Below, one piece after another: positions 16,678 to 25,901 of a stretch of DNA of 47,885 nucleotides. The DNA is from Parcubacteria group bacterium GW2011_GWC1_41_7. Its GTDB lineage: Bacteria > Patescibacteriota > Minisyncoccia > UBA6257 > HR35. The stretch is from positions 1 through 47,885 of the forward strand of contig LCBW01000003.1 in assembly GCA_000997465.1 (NCBI GenBank), read 5' to 3'. The notes beneath the pieces were generated by a model that saw nothing but the letters and a program-made list of their open reading frames with translations, was not told the DNA's origin and searched no databases. Made by a program: the position numbers and the translations under genes. Each line of letters begins with the position of its first letter. Positions within the stretch are counted from its first letter, which is position 1.

Positions 16678-17300
16678 GTTCTGTTTTGCAACTTATAAAA
16701 GTAAAAAATATAAAAGATGATGTTTTTGTTATGGACAACAATGCCTTGCGCGCGGTACTTGCGGTGCCGGGTATCAACTTTTCACTCCTTACGGATACTG
16801 AAAAAGAAATTGTTATTTCACAGTTTAAGGAACTTTTAGATGGTCTTGACTTTCCACTCCAATTTCTTATTGTGTCGCGTTTTGCAAATACGGAAAACTA
16901 TATCAATGTCTTGCGCGTAAAGTTAGGCGACGAAACTGAACCGCTTATCCGGTTGCAACTTGAAGATTACATTAAATTTATTCGTGAGTATACCGAAACG
17001 CATAAAGTTATGAAAAAAATCTTTTATGTTGTTGTGCCGTATGAACCCTCTGTTATTCAAACAGGATCGTTTCTTAGCAAAAAACAGACGCAAAAAAACG
17101 AGGCGTACTTTCAACAACTTGAGCAGTTGGAGACGCGCGTTATTTACATTTCAGAAAAATTATCTGGTATTGGGCTGCAGCCCATTCGATTAAATAATGG
17201 AGAGCTTACACAGCTTCTTTTTGAAATGTACAATCCGTCCATCAGGTGGGGATCTGCTCCGATTGAATTATTTGAGGAACTTATGCAAAAAATCCAATGA
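16671..17300 (+). CDS. VirB4-type ATPase, N-terminal domain encoded as a separate ORF
   Basis: IKDDVFVMDNNALRAVLAVPGINFSLLTDTEKEIVISQFKELLDGLDFPLQFLIVSR resembles the VirB4/TraC/PrgJ N-terminal domain. Ends in ATGA, overlapping the next ORF. Confidence 0.55.
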   Translation: MVSSVLQLIKVKNIKDDVFVMDNNALRAVLAVPGINFSLLTDTEKEIVISQFKELLDGLDFPLQFLIVSRFANTENYINVLRVKLGDETEPLIRLQLEDYIKFIREYTETHKVMKKIFYVVVPYEPSVIQTGSFLSKKQTQKNEAYFQQLEQLETRVIYISEKLSGIGLQPIRLNNGELTQLLFEMYNPSIRWGSAPIELFEELMQKIQ

Positions 17301-19123
17301 AGCTGCCACATTTTTCTTTTGGAAAAAAATCTAGCGGGGGACAAAAAATAAATATTCCCACTGAAGAAACCGATTATGGATTTTCCAAAATAAAAGAAAT
17401 TATCGCCCCCCCAGGAGCGCTTTTCAACTCACAAGATTTCCAAGTGGGGGAAGTATATGGAAAAAATATTCTTATTTTAGCATATCCAAAATTTCTTTTT
17501 GCGGGATGGCTTGAAAAAATACTAGAAATCCAAGAGGCATTTAATCTATCTCTTTTTGCTATTCCTATGGATGTCCCGACGGTACTCAAAACCCTTGAGA
17601 AGCAACTTGCGCGCGTTGAAGCGCAAATTGAAGAGCGCGAAGAGCGGGGGCTCGTGCGATCCCCGGAACTAGGAACTGCGTATGAGGACATTGAAACACT
17701 CCGCGACTCGCTCGTGCAAGCAAGAGAAAAAATGATGCAGGTTGGGTTGTATATGACTGTATATAATGAATCAAAAGAGGAAATTTCCATTCAAGAGAAA
17801 GAAATGGTGAAGATGCTTGAAAGCTCTCTTATTTTAGCAAAGCCGGTTATTTTTCAGCAAGAAGATGCGTTTATTTCAACTCTTCCTTTGGGGTTGGACA
17901 AAATGGAATCGCATTATCAGATGAACTCTTCGCCTGCATCGTCGTTTTTCCCATTTATCTCTTCAGAACTATCAACTGATAATGGAACGCTTTTAGGAAT
18001 TAACTTGCAAGATAATAGCTTGGTTATTTTTGACCGGTTTGCGTTTGAAAACGCGCACATGGTAACATTTGCCAGATCAGGAGCTGGAAAATCATACACC
18101 TCAAAAATTGAAATGATGCGCAATTTGATGATGGGTATTGATGTTATTGCGCTTGATCCTGAAAATGAGTATCGCTCTATTGCGGAAATTTACGGAGGAA
18201 GCTTTATTCCGGTTTCTTTAAAATCAGAATTTCACCTTAATCCTTTTGATCTTCCGCCTCCCCTTAAAGACGAGGAACCTATTGAACTATTTAAAGAGAA
18301 AGTTGCCGATGTGCTCGGGCTCATTGAACTTCTCATTGGAGAAAAACTCCCCTCAGACCAATTGGTAATATTTGATCGCGCAATCAACCAAACATATGCA
18401 TCGTTTAATATTTTACCTGAGAGCGATTTTTCAAAAGTTGAATTATTCCCAACCTTAAACGATTTTGCAAAAGTGCTTCGCGGGGTAGAGGGAGGTGATG
18501 CGCTTGCTGAAAAATTGTATCCATTTACTGAAGGAAGCTTCAACGGATTTATCAACCAACAATCTAATGTTGAGCTCAATAAACGCATTGTCGTGTTTGG
18601 ATTTCGGGATCTTGTTGAAGAGCTTCGTCCCATTGGCATGTATATTGTGCTTAACTATGTTATGAACCGCATCCGAAAAGAAGTAAAGCGAAGAATTGTG
18701 GTACTTGATGAAGCATGGTGGCTTATGAAACAAGAGGCCGCGGCAATGTTTTTACTTAACTCTATTAAGCGCGGACGCAAATATATGCTTGGAATCTCAA
18801 GTATTACCCAAGACGTTGAGGACTTTTTAAATTCTCCTTATGGAAAGCCGATCATTACTAATTCGGGCCTTGTATTTCTTATGAAACAATCTCCCGCAAC
18901 TATTGATCTTGTGGGGCAGGTGTTTGCGCTCTCAGACGGTGAAAAAAAATTTCTCTTGCAAGCAGAACGGGGGAGGGGTATTCTTATTGCAGGATTAAAA
19001 CGCGTACCTCTTTTTGTACTTGCTTCCTACGCAGAAGATCAAATCATCCGATCAACCCCCGAACAGCTTTTGCTTCTCCAGCAATCTGAAAAAAATGCAG
19101 AAAATACACCAAGCTCCTCATAA
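17297..19123 (+). CDS. VirB4-type T4SS ATPase, middle and C-terminal ATPase domains
   Basis: Walker A is FARSGAGKSYT and Walker B is RIVVLDEAWWLM. 209 + 608 aa equals the size of a normal VirB4. Confidence 0.8.
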   Translation: MKLPHFSFGKKSSGGQKINIPTEETDYGFSKIKEIIAPPGALFNSQDFQVGEVYGKNILILAYPKFLFAGWLEKILEIQEAFNLSLFAIPMDVPTVLKTLEKQLARVEAQIEEREERGLVRSPELGTAYEDIETLRDSLVQAREKMMQVGLYMTVYNESKEEISIQEKEMVKMLESSLILAKPVIFQQEDAFISTLPLGLDKMESHYQMNSSPASSFFPFISSELSTDNGTLLGINLQDNSLVIFDRFAFENAHMVTFARSGAGKSYTSKIEMMRNLMMGIDVIALDPENEYRSIAEIYGGSFIPVSLKSEFHLNPFDLPPPLKDEEPIELFKEKVADVLGLIELLIGEKLPSDQLVIFDRAINQTYASFNILPESDFSKVELFPTLNDFAKVLRGVEGGDALAEKLYPFTEGSFNGFINQQSNVELNKRIVVFGFRDLVEELRPIGMYIVLNYVMNRIRKEVKRRIVVLDEAWWLMKQEAAAMFLLNSIKRGRKYMLGISSITQDVEDFLNSPYGKPIITNSGLVFLMKQSPATIDLVGQVFALSDGEKKFLLQAERGRGILIAGLKRVPLFVLASYAEDQIIRSTPEQLLLLQQSEKNAENTPSSS

Positions 19124-19817
19124 CTCTTCTTCTCAAAATCAACGCCCGAAACGCATCAAAGACGAATTTCATCCAGAGCGCTCACTTTTACAGCAACAAG
19201 GCCAAACTGATAGCGAACACGTAAATTCTCCCTCGGGCACACCAACTTCGGGACGCACCCCCGAGCAACAAAGAGGGCAAAAAATATACGATTCTCAAGA
19301 AAATCGCGGTGATGACATTAAGCCGTTTTCTTCTTTGCAAAAAAATGCAGGATCTGATGAACAACAGGGGAAAACCCCCGTTGTTGCTCTTTTTTTTACC
19401 CTTTGGGCAGGGCTTTCCCTTGATATTGTTGAAATCATATCAGCTGGATTTGACCTGACGATTATCGCCGGTATTCTTATTCGACTGGTGACGCTTCCTA
19501 TTGAAGCGCTCTATGTGCTTTTATTCACCTTTGTATGTTGGAGCCAAAAAATTCCTTCGGAAGAACGCAATGTCGCAAATTTGATCCGCGGAACCGCCAT
19601 GTTGTTTCAGGGAGTTGAGCTTTCGGCAAATTTTTTTCCTCCAGGACTCGCACTTATTGAAATTCTTCCCTTAAAAACACTTTCGGTTATTATGATTTTT
19701 TTCCTTCGTCCCCTTATTAAAAAACTTGCTCCCAATATTCCTGGTGGAGAAGAAGCACTTGCTACAATAAAAAATGTTTCTTCAAAAATTCCAGACCCCA
19801 AAAAAGTTGGGAAATAA
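19095..19817 (+). CDS. membrane protein with a disordered N-terminus, unknown family
   Basis: ATG at 19095 (the start is uncertain and overlaps the VirB4 end by 29 nt). Polar Q/S/P-rich first ~110 aa, then 4-5 hydrophobic helices. Confidence 0.5.
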   Translation: MQKIHQAPHNSSSQNQRPKRIKDEFHPERSLLQQQGQTDSEHVNSPSGTPTSGRTPEQQRGQKIYDSQENRGDDIKPFSSLQKNAGSDEQQGKTPVVALFFTLWAGLSLDIVEIISAGFDLTIIAGILIRLVTLPIEALYVLLFTFVCWSQKIPSEERNVANLIRGTAMLFQGVELSANFFPPGLALIEILPLKTLSVIMIFFLRPLIKKLAPNIPGGEEALATIKNVSSKIPDPKKVGK

Positions 19818-19840
19818 TTGAGGGGATTTATAATAGAGAT

Positions 19841-20473
19841 ATGAGAAATTGCCTATTTTTTTTCGTTGCATTCATTTTATTCTTTTCGGCTTCGCTTGCA
19901 CATGCCCAAACGCTTGATTTTTTTTATGCGTTTGCAAAAAAAACATCCGGGGGGATTCTTTTGGGGGTTGAAACGCAAGCACAAAAAGACGGAATTCTTA
20001 TTCCGCCGGAACAGCTTAGTTATAAATGGAATTTATATGCCGGGACGACAATCAAAAAATCAACGCTTTCTCCTGTTTTAAAAATTATGACCCCTCCGGG
20101 AACCACTGAGGTTTCAGGATCTGTGACGATCGCGGCATACCGATCGGGATTTGAAGCAAGCCGCAATTTTTCGCTTTTCCTCCCTGGCCCTCGCGCAAGT
20201 ATTGTCAAATATGACCCTTCTTTAAATCTTTTTCTTCCTCTTTCGTTGCCGCTTCTTCGCGGACAAATGATCGGGGCTTTAGTTTTTTCATTTTCGGTTC
20301 CTGATAACCAGTTGTCTTATTCTTGGAAAATAGGAAATGCTTCGCTCGCCTCTTCTCAATTTTTACAAATTGCCGCCAATCAGCTCTCAATTGGAGACGG
20401 AACGAGTGTTACTGTTTCAAATCCTTCATACTCACGCGAATTTGCTCAAGATCAAAAAACAATTATTGAGTAA
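19841..20473 (+). CDS. secreted protein with two internal beta-sandwich-like repeats
   Basis: Signal peptide FFFVAFILFFSASLAHAQ. Internal repeat LSYKWNLYAG / LSYSWKIGNA. Confidence 0.55.
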   Translation: MRNCLFFFVAFILFFSASLAHAQTLDFFYAFAKKTSGGILLGVETQAQKDGILIPPEQLSYKWNLYAGTTIKKSTLSPVLKIMTPPGTTEVSGSVTIAAYRSGFEASRNFSLFLPGPRASIVKYDPSLNLFLPLSLPLLRGQMIGALVFSFSVPDNQLSYSWKIGNASLASSQFLQIAANQLSIGDGTSVTVSNPSYSREFAQDQKTIIE

Positions 20474-21507
20474 TGCCATTTTTCTCCTTTGTATACGCAC
20501 AAAACCAAGAAAGTGCCGTAGGGCTTATTCAGCAGTACTGCACAAATTCAGCAGGTATTCAACAATGCCTACAGGGGCTGTATAACGCAGGAGTTATGCT
20601 TGCTATTGCAATCGCATTTCTCATGGTGGTGTATGGGGCGTTCAAATATATTATCGGTGCGGCGGGAAACACAAAAGCTGCAGGAAAACAACACGTACAA
20701 AATGCCGTTATGGGTGTTGCGTTTATCTTTATTTCAGGAACTATTTTATATTGGGTAAACCCTTCGATTTTCAATGCGGAGCTTATTTTATACAATGTAA
20801 AAAAACTAAAGGTTCCTACGGCTGGAATAACCCTCAATTCATATGGCGGGGCTGGTGGAGGAAGCGCTTCTTCTGGAAATCTTTCATATACGGAACCCCC
20901 AGCGCCATCTGGAACTCCTATATATGATGGAGAAATTTGGGTAACTAATTATTACGGCACAACCGAGGGGGAGGGAGAACAGAGGGGTGGATATCCATAC
21001 TCTTCTCCACGCACTTTTCCGGCAAATTTTTTACTACAGGGAAGTGGTTTGTGCGAAGGAGGTTCATTTCTCTCAAAAAGAAATGAACATACCGGAAGCC
21101 AGATTAATCAAAAAATCTATGCACTTTGTAACGGCTATAATGGCTGGATTAATGTTGGTTCAGGAAGTGGACCCCAAAAAGTTTCTGGTCCCACAGAGGC
21201 CTGTGGAAATATTATAGGGCTTGGGGTTGTTGCTGTTCCTGCGGCGTGGCATACCTCAATTGTTGAATTTTACAGCGGCACTACAGTAAAAAGATTTTAT
21301 GGAACAGATCGAGGGGGCGCCATCAACGACCATCACATTGATATTTATACAGGAGTTGGATTTGAGGCCATTGCCGCACTCCCTTCGTTTGCACAAAGTC
21401 TTGGGCTGCGTACAAGCGGAGGTAAATATTATTTACGCGGAAAAGTTTACAAACTAAATAATGGGTGCAATGCTTCTGAATTAATGCCCCTAAAAAATTC
21501 GTCATGA
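20473..21507 (+). CDS. fusion of a VirB2/TrbC-type pilin hairpin with a 3D-domain (MltA/YuiC-like) peptidoglycan hydrolase
   Basis: The N-terminus has two TM helices joined by a short basic loop (GVMLAIAIAFLMVVYGAFKYIIGAAGNTKAAGKQHVQNAVMGVAFIFISGTILYWV). The C-terminus has GTDRGGAINDHHIDIY, the 3D-domain signature. Confidence 0.6.
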   Translation: MPFFSFVYAQNQESAVGLIQQYCTNSAGIQQCLQGLYNAGVMLAIAIAFLMVVYGAFKYIIGAAGNTKAAGKQHVQNAVMGVAFIFISGTILYWVNPSIFNAELILYNVKKLKVPTAGITLNSYGGAGGGSASSGNLSYTEPPAPSGTPIYDGEIWVTNYYGTTEGEGEQRGGYPYSSPRTFPANFLLQGSGLCEGGSFLSKRNEHTGSQINQKIYALCNGYNGWINVGSGSGPQKVSGPTEACGNIIGLGVVAVPAAWHTSIVEFYSGTTVKRFYGTDRGGAINDHHIDIYTGVGFEAIAALPSFAQSLGLRTSGGKYYLRGKVYKLNNGCNASELMPLKNSS

Positions 21508-22220
21508 AAAAAATATTATTTTTATTTATTTTATTGACAATTATATTCATTCATAACCCCGCGTATGCGGCAAAAAATGCCCTTCCACAGGAAATTCGTT
21601 CGTTTACAATCAATTTAGATCGTACTGAAAAAAATATTATTTTCGACCCAAATTACCCTAACCCCATAGCATTATCATCGGAAAGGCCCCTTAAAAATAA
21701 CTTGGGAAATTTTACAATTTTTCTAAAAGACATTTCCGGAAATACTGTTTACACAGAAAACATTGACATCCCTTTTGGAAAATCATTAGTATATTTACCT
21801 TATTTTTTAAATAATAGAGGACTGGGTATTTCGTACCTTGAAAGATCGTACTCCTTTGATCTTTCTTCCTTTGCTTTATGTAATGAGGATGCTCAATGCA
21901 ATTTTATGGAAGAATTTTCCACCGCATGTCCGAAAGATTGCGCAAATGCAAAAAATCCCCTATATCCTCGCTCGCCCTATTTTTTTACAGAAAATGAGAT
22001 TGAACTTCCATCTCTTTTTCAAGAGTCTCAATTTTTGCAAGAATTACTTACCCCATCTTTTGTGAATTCTTCATCCCCCCTCACTGAAAAAATTTTCATA
22101 CCTTCATATACTACTTCAACCGCACGCAGAGCAACTGCTTCAAATTTATGGCTACTAGGCGGAGCAATCATTGCGCTTGTTGCCGTACTTATGGGTATTT
22201 CTTGGTACAATAAAAAATAA
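21504..22220 (+). CDS. secreted protein with a C-terminal TM anchor, unknown family
   Basis: Signal peptide ILFLFILLTIIFIHNPAYAA. C-terminal LWLLGGAIIALVAVLMGISWYNKK. ATGA overlap upstream. Confidence 0.55.
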   Translation: MKKILFLFILLTIIFIHNPAYAAKNALPQEIRSFTINLDRTEKNIIFDPNYPNPIALSSERPLKNNLGNFTIFLKDISGNTVYTENIDIPFGKSLVYLPYFLNNRGLGISYLERSYSFDLSSFALCNEDAQCNFMEEFSTACPKDCANAKNPLYPRSPYFFTENEIELPSLFQESQFLQELLTPSFVNSSSPLTEKIFIPSYTTSTARRATASNLWLLGGAIIALVAVLMGISWYNKK

Positions 22221-23344
22221 TGGTAAAAAAAATATTTTTTGCGCTTGGTATTGTCATCCTTATTGCACTTATTGCTCTTTTTATTATGAATAGGAGGCCT
22301 GCACAGCCGATTCCGGATATTTTAACCCTCCCCCAAAAAGATAATCGCCCTTTATCAGAAATTCCAGAAACAACCGGCATTCCTTCGCTTTCAGTCACTT
22401 CTACGCAGCTTGGGGGGCTCTCTGATGAAAATATCGCCACATCTTCAAGTGACTCTATCCGGCCTATTTTTGACAGACCTATGGGATTTTTAGCAGTGGA
22501 TTATCCTGATGTATATGCGTTTGACTTCCAAGAAAAAAGCGTAAAAGTTTTTAATGTAGAAGAAAAAACGTATAGAGAATTACTCCGTGATAAAAATATA
22601 CGGTCCATTCTTTTTTCGCCCTCCAAGGGCACCGTATTGGTTGAAAAAAACATCAACAGCAGAAGCCGATTCTTTTTAATAGATCTTGTACAAGATACCA
22701 CCGCAAGCGTTGACGCATTTGCACGATCATTTGTATGGGATTTAAAAGATACCCTTTGGTATCACTATTCAAATAATTCATCCGTAAACTACATTGGGAC
22801 AATCCAAAACAAAAAATCTTCTCGGGTTATTTCCGTTGGGTTTCCCGATCCTGTCTTTGCGCCATTGCGCGGGAATATATTTATTGCCAACAAAACAAAT
22901 TCGCCTTTATTTTTTATCAATGTGACCACGCAAAAACGCCGGATTCTTGTTTCCCAGCAGTCATTTTTTTCGCTCCTCGCAAATAACACCTATGTATTTG
23001 CAAGTTACGGATCTGAAAATGCAAAAAAAAGCTCAATTATCAATGCTGCCGGAACTATTGTAAAAACATTTCCATGGGGAACCCTTTCTCAAAAATGTAC
23101 CTTTGATCGGATGCTTGTCTGCGGGGTTTCAGTTGATCAATTATCTGTTGGATCGCCCGAAGATTGGGAGATGATGAAGCGACCCTTTTTCGATAAAATT
23201 GTTATATATGATATAGAACGAGATACCGCGCGTGAGATAGAATTACCGGACAGATTTGATGTGGTATCTCCTTCGATAACCCCGTTAGGGATTATTTTTT
23301 GGAACCGGATTGATGCCCAAGCGTATCTCGTACCAATGAAATAA
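22220..23344 (+). CDS. N-terminally anchored extracytoplasmic protein, unknown family
   Basis: TM helix FFALGIVILIALIALFIM, then about 340 aa that look beta-rich. Last gene of the operon. Its 3' end overlaps the convergent yidC by 60 nt. Confidence 0.5.
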   Translation: MVKKIFFALGIVILIALIALFIMNRRPAQPIPDILTLPQKDNRPLSEIPETTGIPSLSVTSTQLGGLSDENIATSSSDSIRPIFDRPMGFLAVDYPDVYAFDFQEKSVKVFNVEEKTYRELLRDKNIRSILFSPSKGTVLVEKNINSRSRFFLIDLVQDTTASVDAFARSFVWDLKDTLWYHYSNNSSVNYIGTIQNKKSSRVISVGFPDPVFAPLRGNIFIANKTNSPLFFINVTTQKRRILVSQQSFFSLLANNTYVFASYGSENAKKSSIINAAGTIVKTFPWGTLSQKCTFDRMLVCGVSVDQLSVGSPEDWEMMKRPFFDKIVIYDIERDTAREIELPDRFDVVSPSITPLGIIFWNRIDAQAYLVPMK

Positions 23345-23917
23345 TTTTCTCTCTATAATTGTCCAAAGCATAATTGTTGCCCAGTAGAGTGTATATGCTG
23401 CAGGGAAGGTAAGAATAAGAAGGCCCACAACGCCCACAATAATAAATCCCGCCTTTCTTGTTTCCTTCGGTTCAGTCATAATAAAAAGTAACTGTAGCGC
23501 GATAGTAAGAGCGCCCAACAGAAGGTTGGGCGTTTTCACATCTATAAAACCAAACGCGATAAGCGGTAATGAGCTTTTTACAATATCCCCCAGCACCGCA
23601 AACATTGCAAAAATAATCGGCAAAGGAATCATCTGGATAATAAAATTACGAAACGGATTGAATTTTTCTTCTTCGTAAATACCCGATATGATTTCTGCCT
23701 GCTTTACCATGTCTTTTATCCCCTTTGTGCGCTCTTTCATTTTTACCTGAATGGCGCGCAATTTATCAGATTCTTTGTGCTGAATATAATACAAAGGGAA
23801 AAGAGGAACGCGAATTAAAAGAGAAAACACCACAATGGCTATTCCGGGATCTCCTGTCCAATTATGAACAAGCGCAAAAAAAAGAAGGAGGGGTTGTACA
23901 AGATAAAGCCGAAACAT
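23285..23917 (-). CDS. yidC: YidC/Oxa1-family membrane protein insertase (short form)
   Basis: GIAIVVFSLLIRVPLFPL motif, 5 TM helices, and the conserved position next to rnpA-rpmH. Confidence 0.8.
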   Translation of the reverse strand: MFRLYLVQPLLLFFALVHNWTGDPGIAIVVFSLLIRVPLFPLYYIQHKESDKLRAIQVKMKERTKGIKDMVKQAEIISGIYEEEKFNPFRNFIIQMIPLPIIFAMFAVLGDIVKSSLPLIAFGFIDVKTPNLLLGALTIALQLLFIMTEPKETRKAGFIIVGVVGLLILTFPAAYTLYWATIMLWTIIERKLFHWYEIRLGINPVPKNNP

Positions 23918-23920
23918 AAA

Positions 23921-24229
23921 TTAAGAAATAAGTTCACATAAAATTTCTTTCTGCGTAAGGTCCTTTATGTCTTTGTGAGGAACAATAACATAATCGGCTG
24001 TGGAAAAATTGTGTATAGACATTCGTATGGTTTCATATATGCGCCTGCGAATTCTATTTCGCGCGACGGCACTTTTACAGAGAGATTTTGGTACGGGAAT
24101 GGAAAATCGAGGGTATCCTATATTATTTGACTTTTGAAAAATGCGAAGGTGTTGCCTATTTTTCTTTATAGAGTCCTTAAAAAACGCTGAAAAATTAAAA
24201 TTTCGTAACCGATATTTTGCGGCAAGCAT
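23921..24229 (-). CDS. rnpA: RNase P protein component
   Basis: KYRLRN... and AVARNRIRRRIYE motifs. Synteny rpmH-rnpA-yidC. Confidence 0.85.
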   Translation of the reverse strand: MLAAKYRLRNFNFSAFFKDSIKKNRQHLRIFQKSNNIGYPRFSIPVPKSLCKSAVARNRIRRRIYETIRMSIHNFSTADYVIVPHKDIKDLTQKEILCELIS

Positions 24230-24236
24230 CCGGATG

Positions 24237-24353
24237 TTACGGGGTTACTTTTTTCCTGCCCTTTCTTCTTCGCAGAAGCACTACTTTTTTTCCTGCTGTT
24301 GTTTTTTTTCGGGCAAGGAAACCAGACACTCTTTTTCTTTTTTTATTTGTCAT
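24237..24353 (-). CDS. rpmH: 50S ribosomal protein L34
   Basis: I trimmed the 67-aa ORF to MTNKKRKRVSGFLARKKTTAGKKVVLLRRRKGRKKVTP (38 aa), a typical L34 sequence. Confidence 0.85.
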   Translation of the reverse strand: MTNKKRKRVSGFLARKKTTAGKKVVLLRRRKGRKKVTP

Positions 24354-24445
24354 GGGAATAAGAGTATAACAGAATTCGCCGTGCAATGGTAGGGCACCCC
24401 CTTGTATTTTTATTGTAAGTATAATAAAGTACTTACACACTATAC

Positions 24446-25798
24446 ATGGAGCTCATTGGCTTGGAAAAAATTTGGGAAGATGTCGTGCAAGACCTTTCTG
24501 GAAAGGTTGCGAAACCAAGCTTAAAAACCTGGTTGCACAAAGTGCGTCCTGTTTCAAAAATAGATGGGACGTTGCGCCTTGAGGTCCCTAATAAATTAGT
24601 AAAATATTGGTTGGAACAAAAATTCAACTCTTTTATTCTTGATTCTGCGCGCAAAACAATTTCTGAAATACGCGAGATTGAATATATTGTTGTTGAAGAG
24701 CGGAGCACAAAAAAACGCCGCAGAGTAAAAAGCTTTTCTTATGTAAAAAAAATCACGGTGTTTGAAACAAACCCTCAAACAAACCTTAACCCGCGGTATC
24801 GATTTGATAATTTTGTTGTAGGAAACAATAATGAACTTGCGTTTGCTTCCGCGCAAAGTATTATCGAAAAAATAGGGCAAAAATTTAACCCTCTTTTTGT
24901 GTACGGAGGAGTGGGGCTCGGAAAAACACACCTTCTCCAAGCGGTAGGGAATGAGGTTCTTAAGAAATATAGTGGGGTAAAAAAGGTTCGATATAACACT
25001 AGTGAGCAATTTACTAATGACCTTATTAATTCTCTACGAAACCAAACTATTGATGATTTTAAATTAAAGTTTCGCGAGGTTGATGTGCTCATTCTTGATG
25101 ATGTTCAATTTTTGTCTGGAAAAGCAAAATGCCAAGAAGAATTATTTCACACCTTTAATGTTCTCTTTGATGCTGGAAAGCAAATTATTTTTTCATCAGA
25201 TCGTCCCCCAATTATGATTTCTGATATTGAAGATCGGTTAAAGTCCCGCTTTGGAGGTGGATTAATTGTGGATATAACACCCCCAGACATTGAAACACGC
25301 ATTGCAATTCTTCGAGTAAAAACCCAAGAGAAGGGACTTTTAGTTGAAGATAATATTTTGGAGCATATAGCCCAAAAAATAACTAAAAATATTCGGGATC
25401 TTGAGGGAGCACTTAATGCGATTATTGCCAAAATGAAAAATTATGACAAAATCAATGAGTCCGATATTGATGATGCACTTAAAGATTACGTCAGTGTGTT
25501 TTACACTAAAGTTACTCCTAAAAAAATCATTAAATCCGTTTCTGAATTTTATTCTCTTAAGGAAGAAGAAATTTTAAAGAAAATGCGGAGAAAGGAGGTT
25601 GTGCGCCCAAGGCAAGTTGCCATGTATCTTTTGCGTGATTTAGGAAAAATGTCTTATTCCGCAATTGGAGAACTACTAAGCCGACGGGACCACACAACAG
25701 TTATTTACTCTTGTGAAAAAATAGAACGGGAACTTATCCACAATCCAGATCTTACTCAAGAAATAGAAATTATTAAATCAAAGGTTATTCAGGGTTAG
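24446..25798 (+). CDS. dnaA: chromosomal replication initiator DnaA
   Basis: Walker A is GGVGLGKTHLLQA. Domain IV reads RPRQVAMYLLRDL...RRDHTTVIYSCEKI. Confidence 0.95.
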   Translation: MELIGLEKIWEDVVQDLSGKVAKPSLKTWLHKVRPVSKIDGTLRLEVPNKLVKYWLEQKFNSFILDSARKTISEIREIEYIVVEERSTKKRRRVKSFSYVKKITVFETNPQTNLNPRYRFDNFVVGNNNELAFASAQSIIEKIGQKFNPLFVYGGVGLGKTHLLQAVGNEVLKKYSGVKKVRYNTSEQFTNDLINSLRNQTIDDFKLKFREVDVLILDDVQFLSGKAKCQEELFHTFNVLFDAGKQIIFSSDRPPIMISDIEDRLKSRFGGGLIVDITPPDIETRIAILRVKTQEKGLLVEDNILEHIAQKITKNIRDLEGALNAIIAKMKNYDKINESDIDDALKDYVSVFYTKVTPKKIIKSVSEFYSLKEEEILKKMRRKEVVRPRQVAMYLLRDLGKMSYSAIGELLSRRDHTTVIYSCEKIERELIHNPDLTQEIEIIKSKVIQG

Positions 25799-25869
25799 TT
25801 CAGTTATTACCCACTACTTATTAAGATATTATTTATAAAAAATAATAGGTATTGCGCCTTATTTTTCTC

Positions 25870-25886
25870 TTATCCACATATCCACA
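25870..25886 (+). promoter_or_regulatory. two abutting DnaA boxes (TTATCCACA, then ATATCCACA) in the dnaA-dnaN spacer
   Basis: A perfect consensus TTATCCACA at 25870-25878 is followed immediately by ATATCCACA at 25878-25886. An inverted 8/9 box AGTGGATAA lies at 25949-25957. AT-rich tract at 25826-25850. Confidence 0.6.
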
Positions 25887-25901
25887 CCCCTTATTATTAC
25901 T

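Noticed and set aside
8648-23344. tRNA-Thr-integrated conjugative element or genomic island
   Set aside because: I saw no integrase, no relaxase or VirD4, and no direct repeat of the tRNA 3' end at the distal boundary. The distal neighbour is the conserved yidC-rnpA-rpmH-dnaA block. This cannot be excluded without whole-genome comparison.
23285-23344. 60-nt convergent overlap of the last operon gene with yidC (and a 47-nt overlap at 27205-27251)
   Set aside because: Both ORFs simply run to their first stop codon. There is no sequence feature suggesting regulation. It is noted but not considered a finding.
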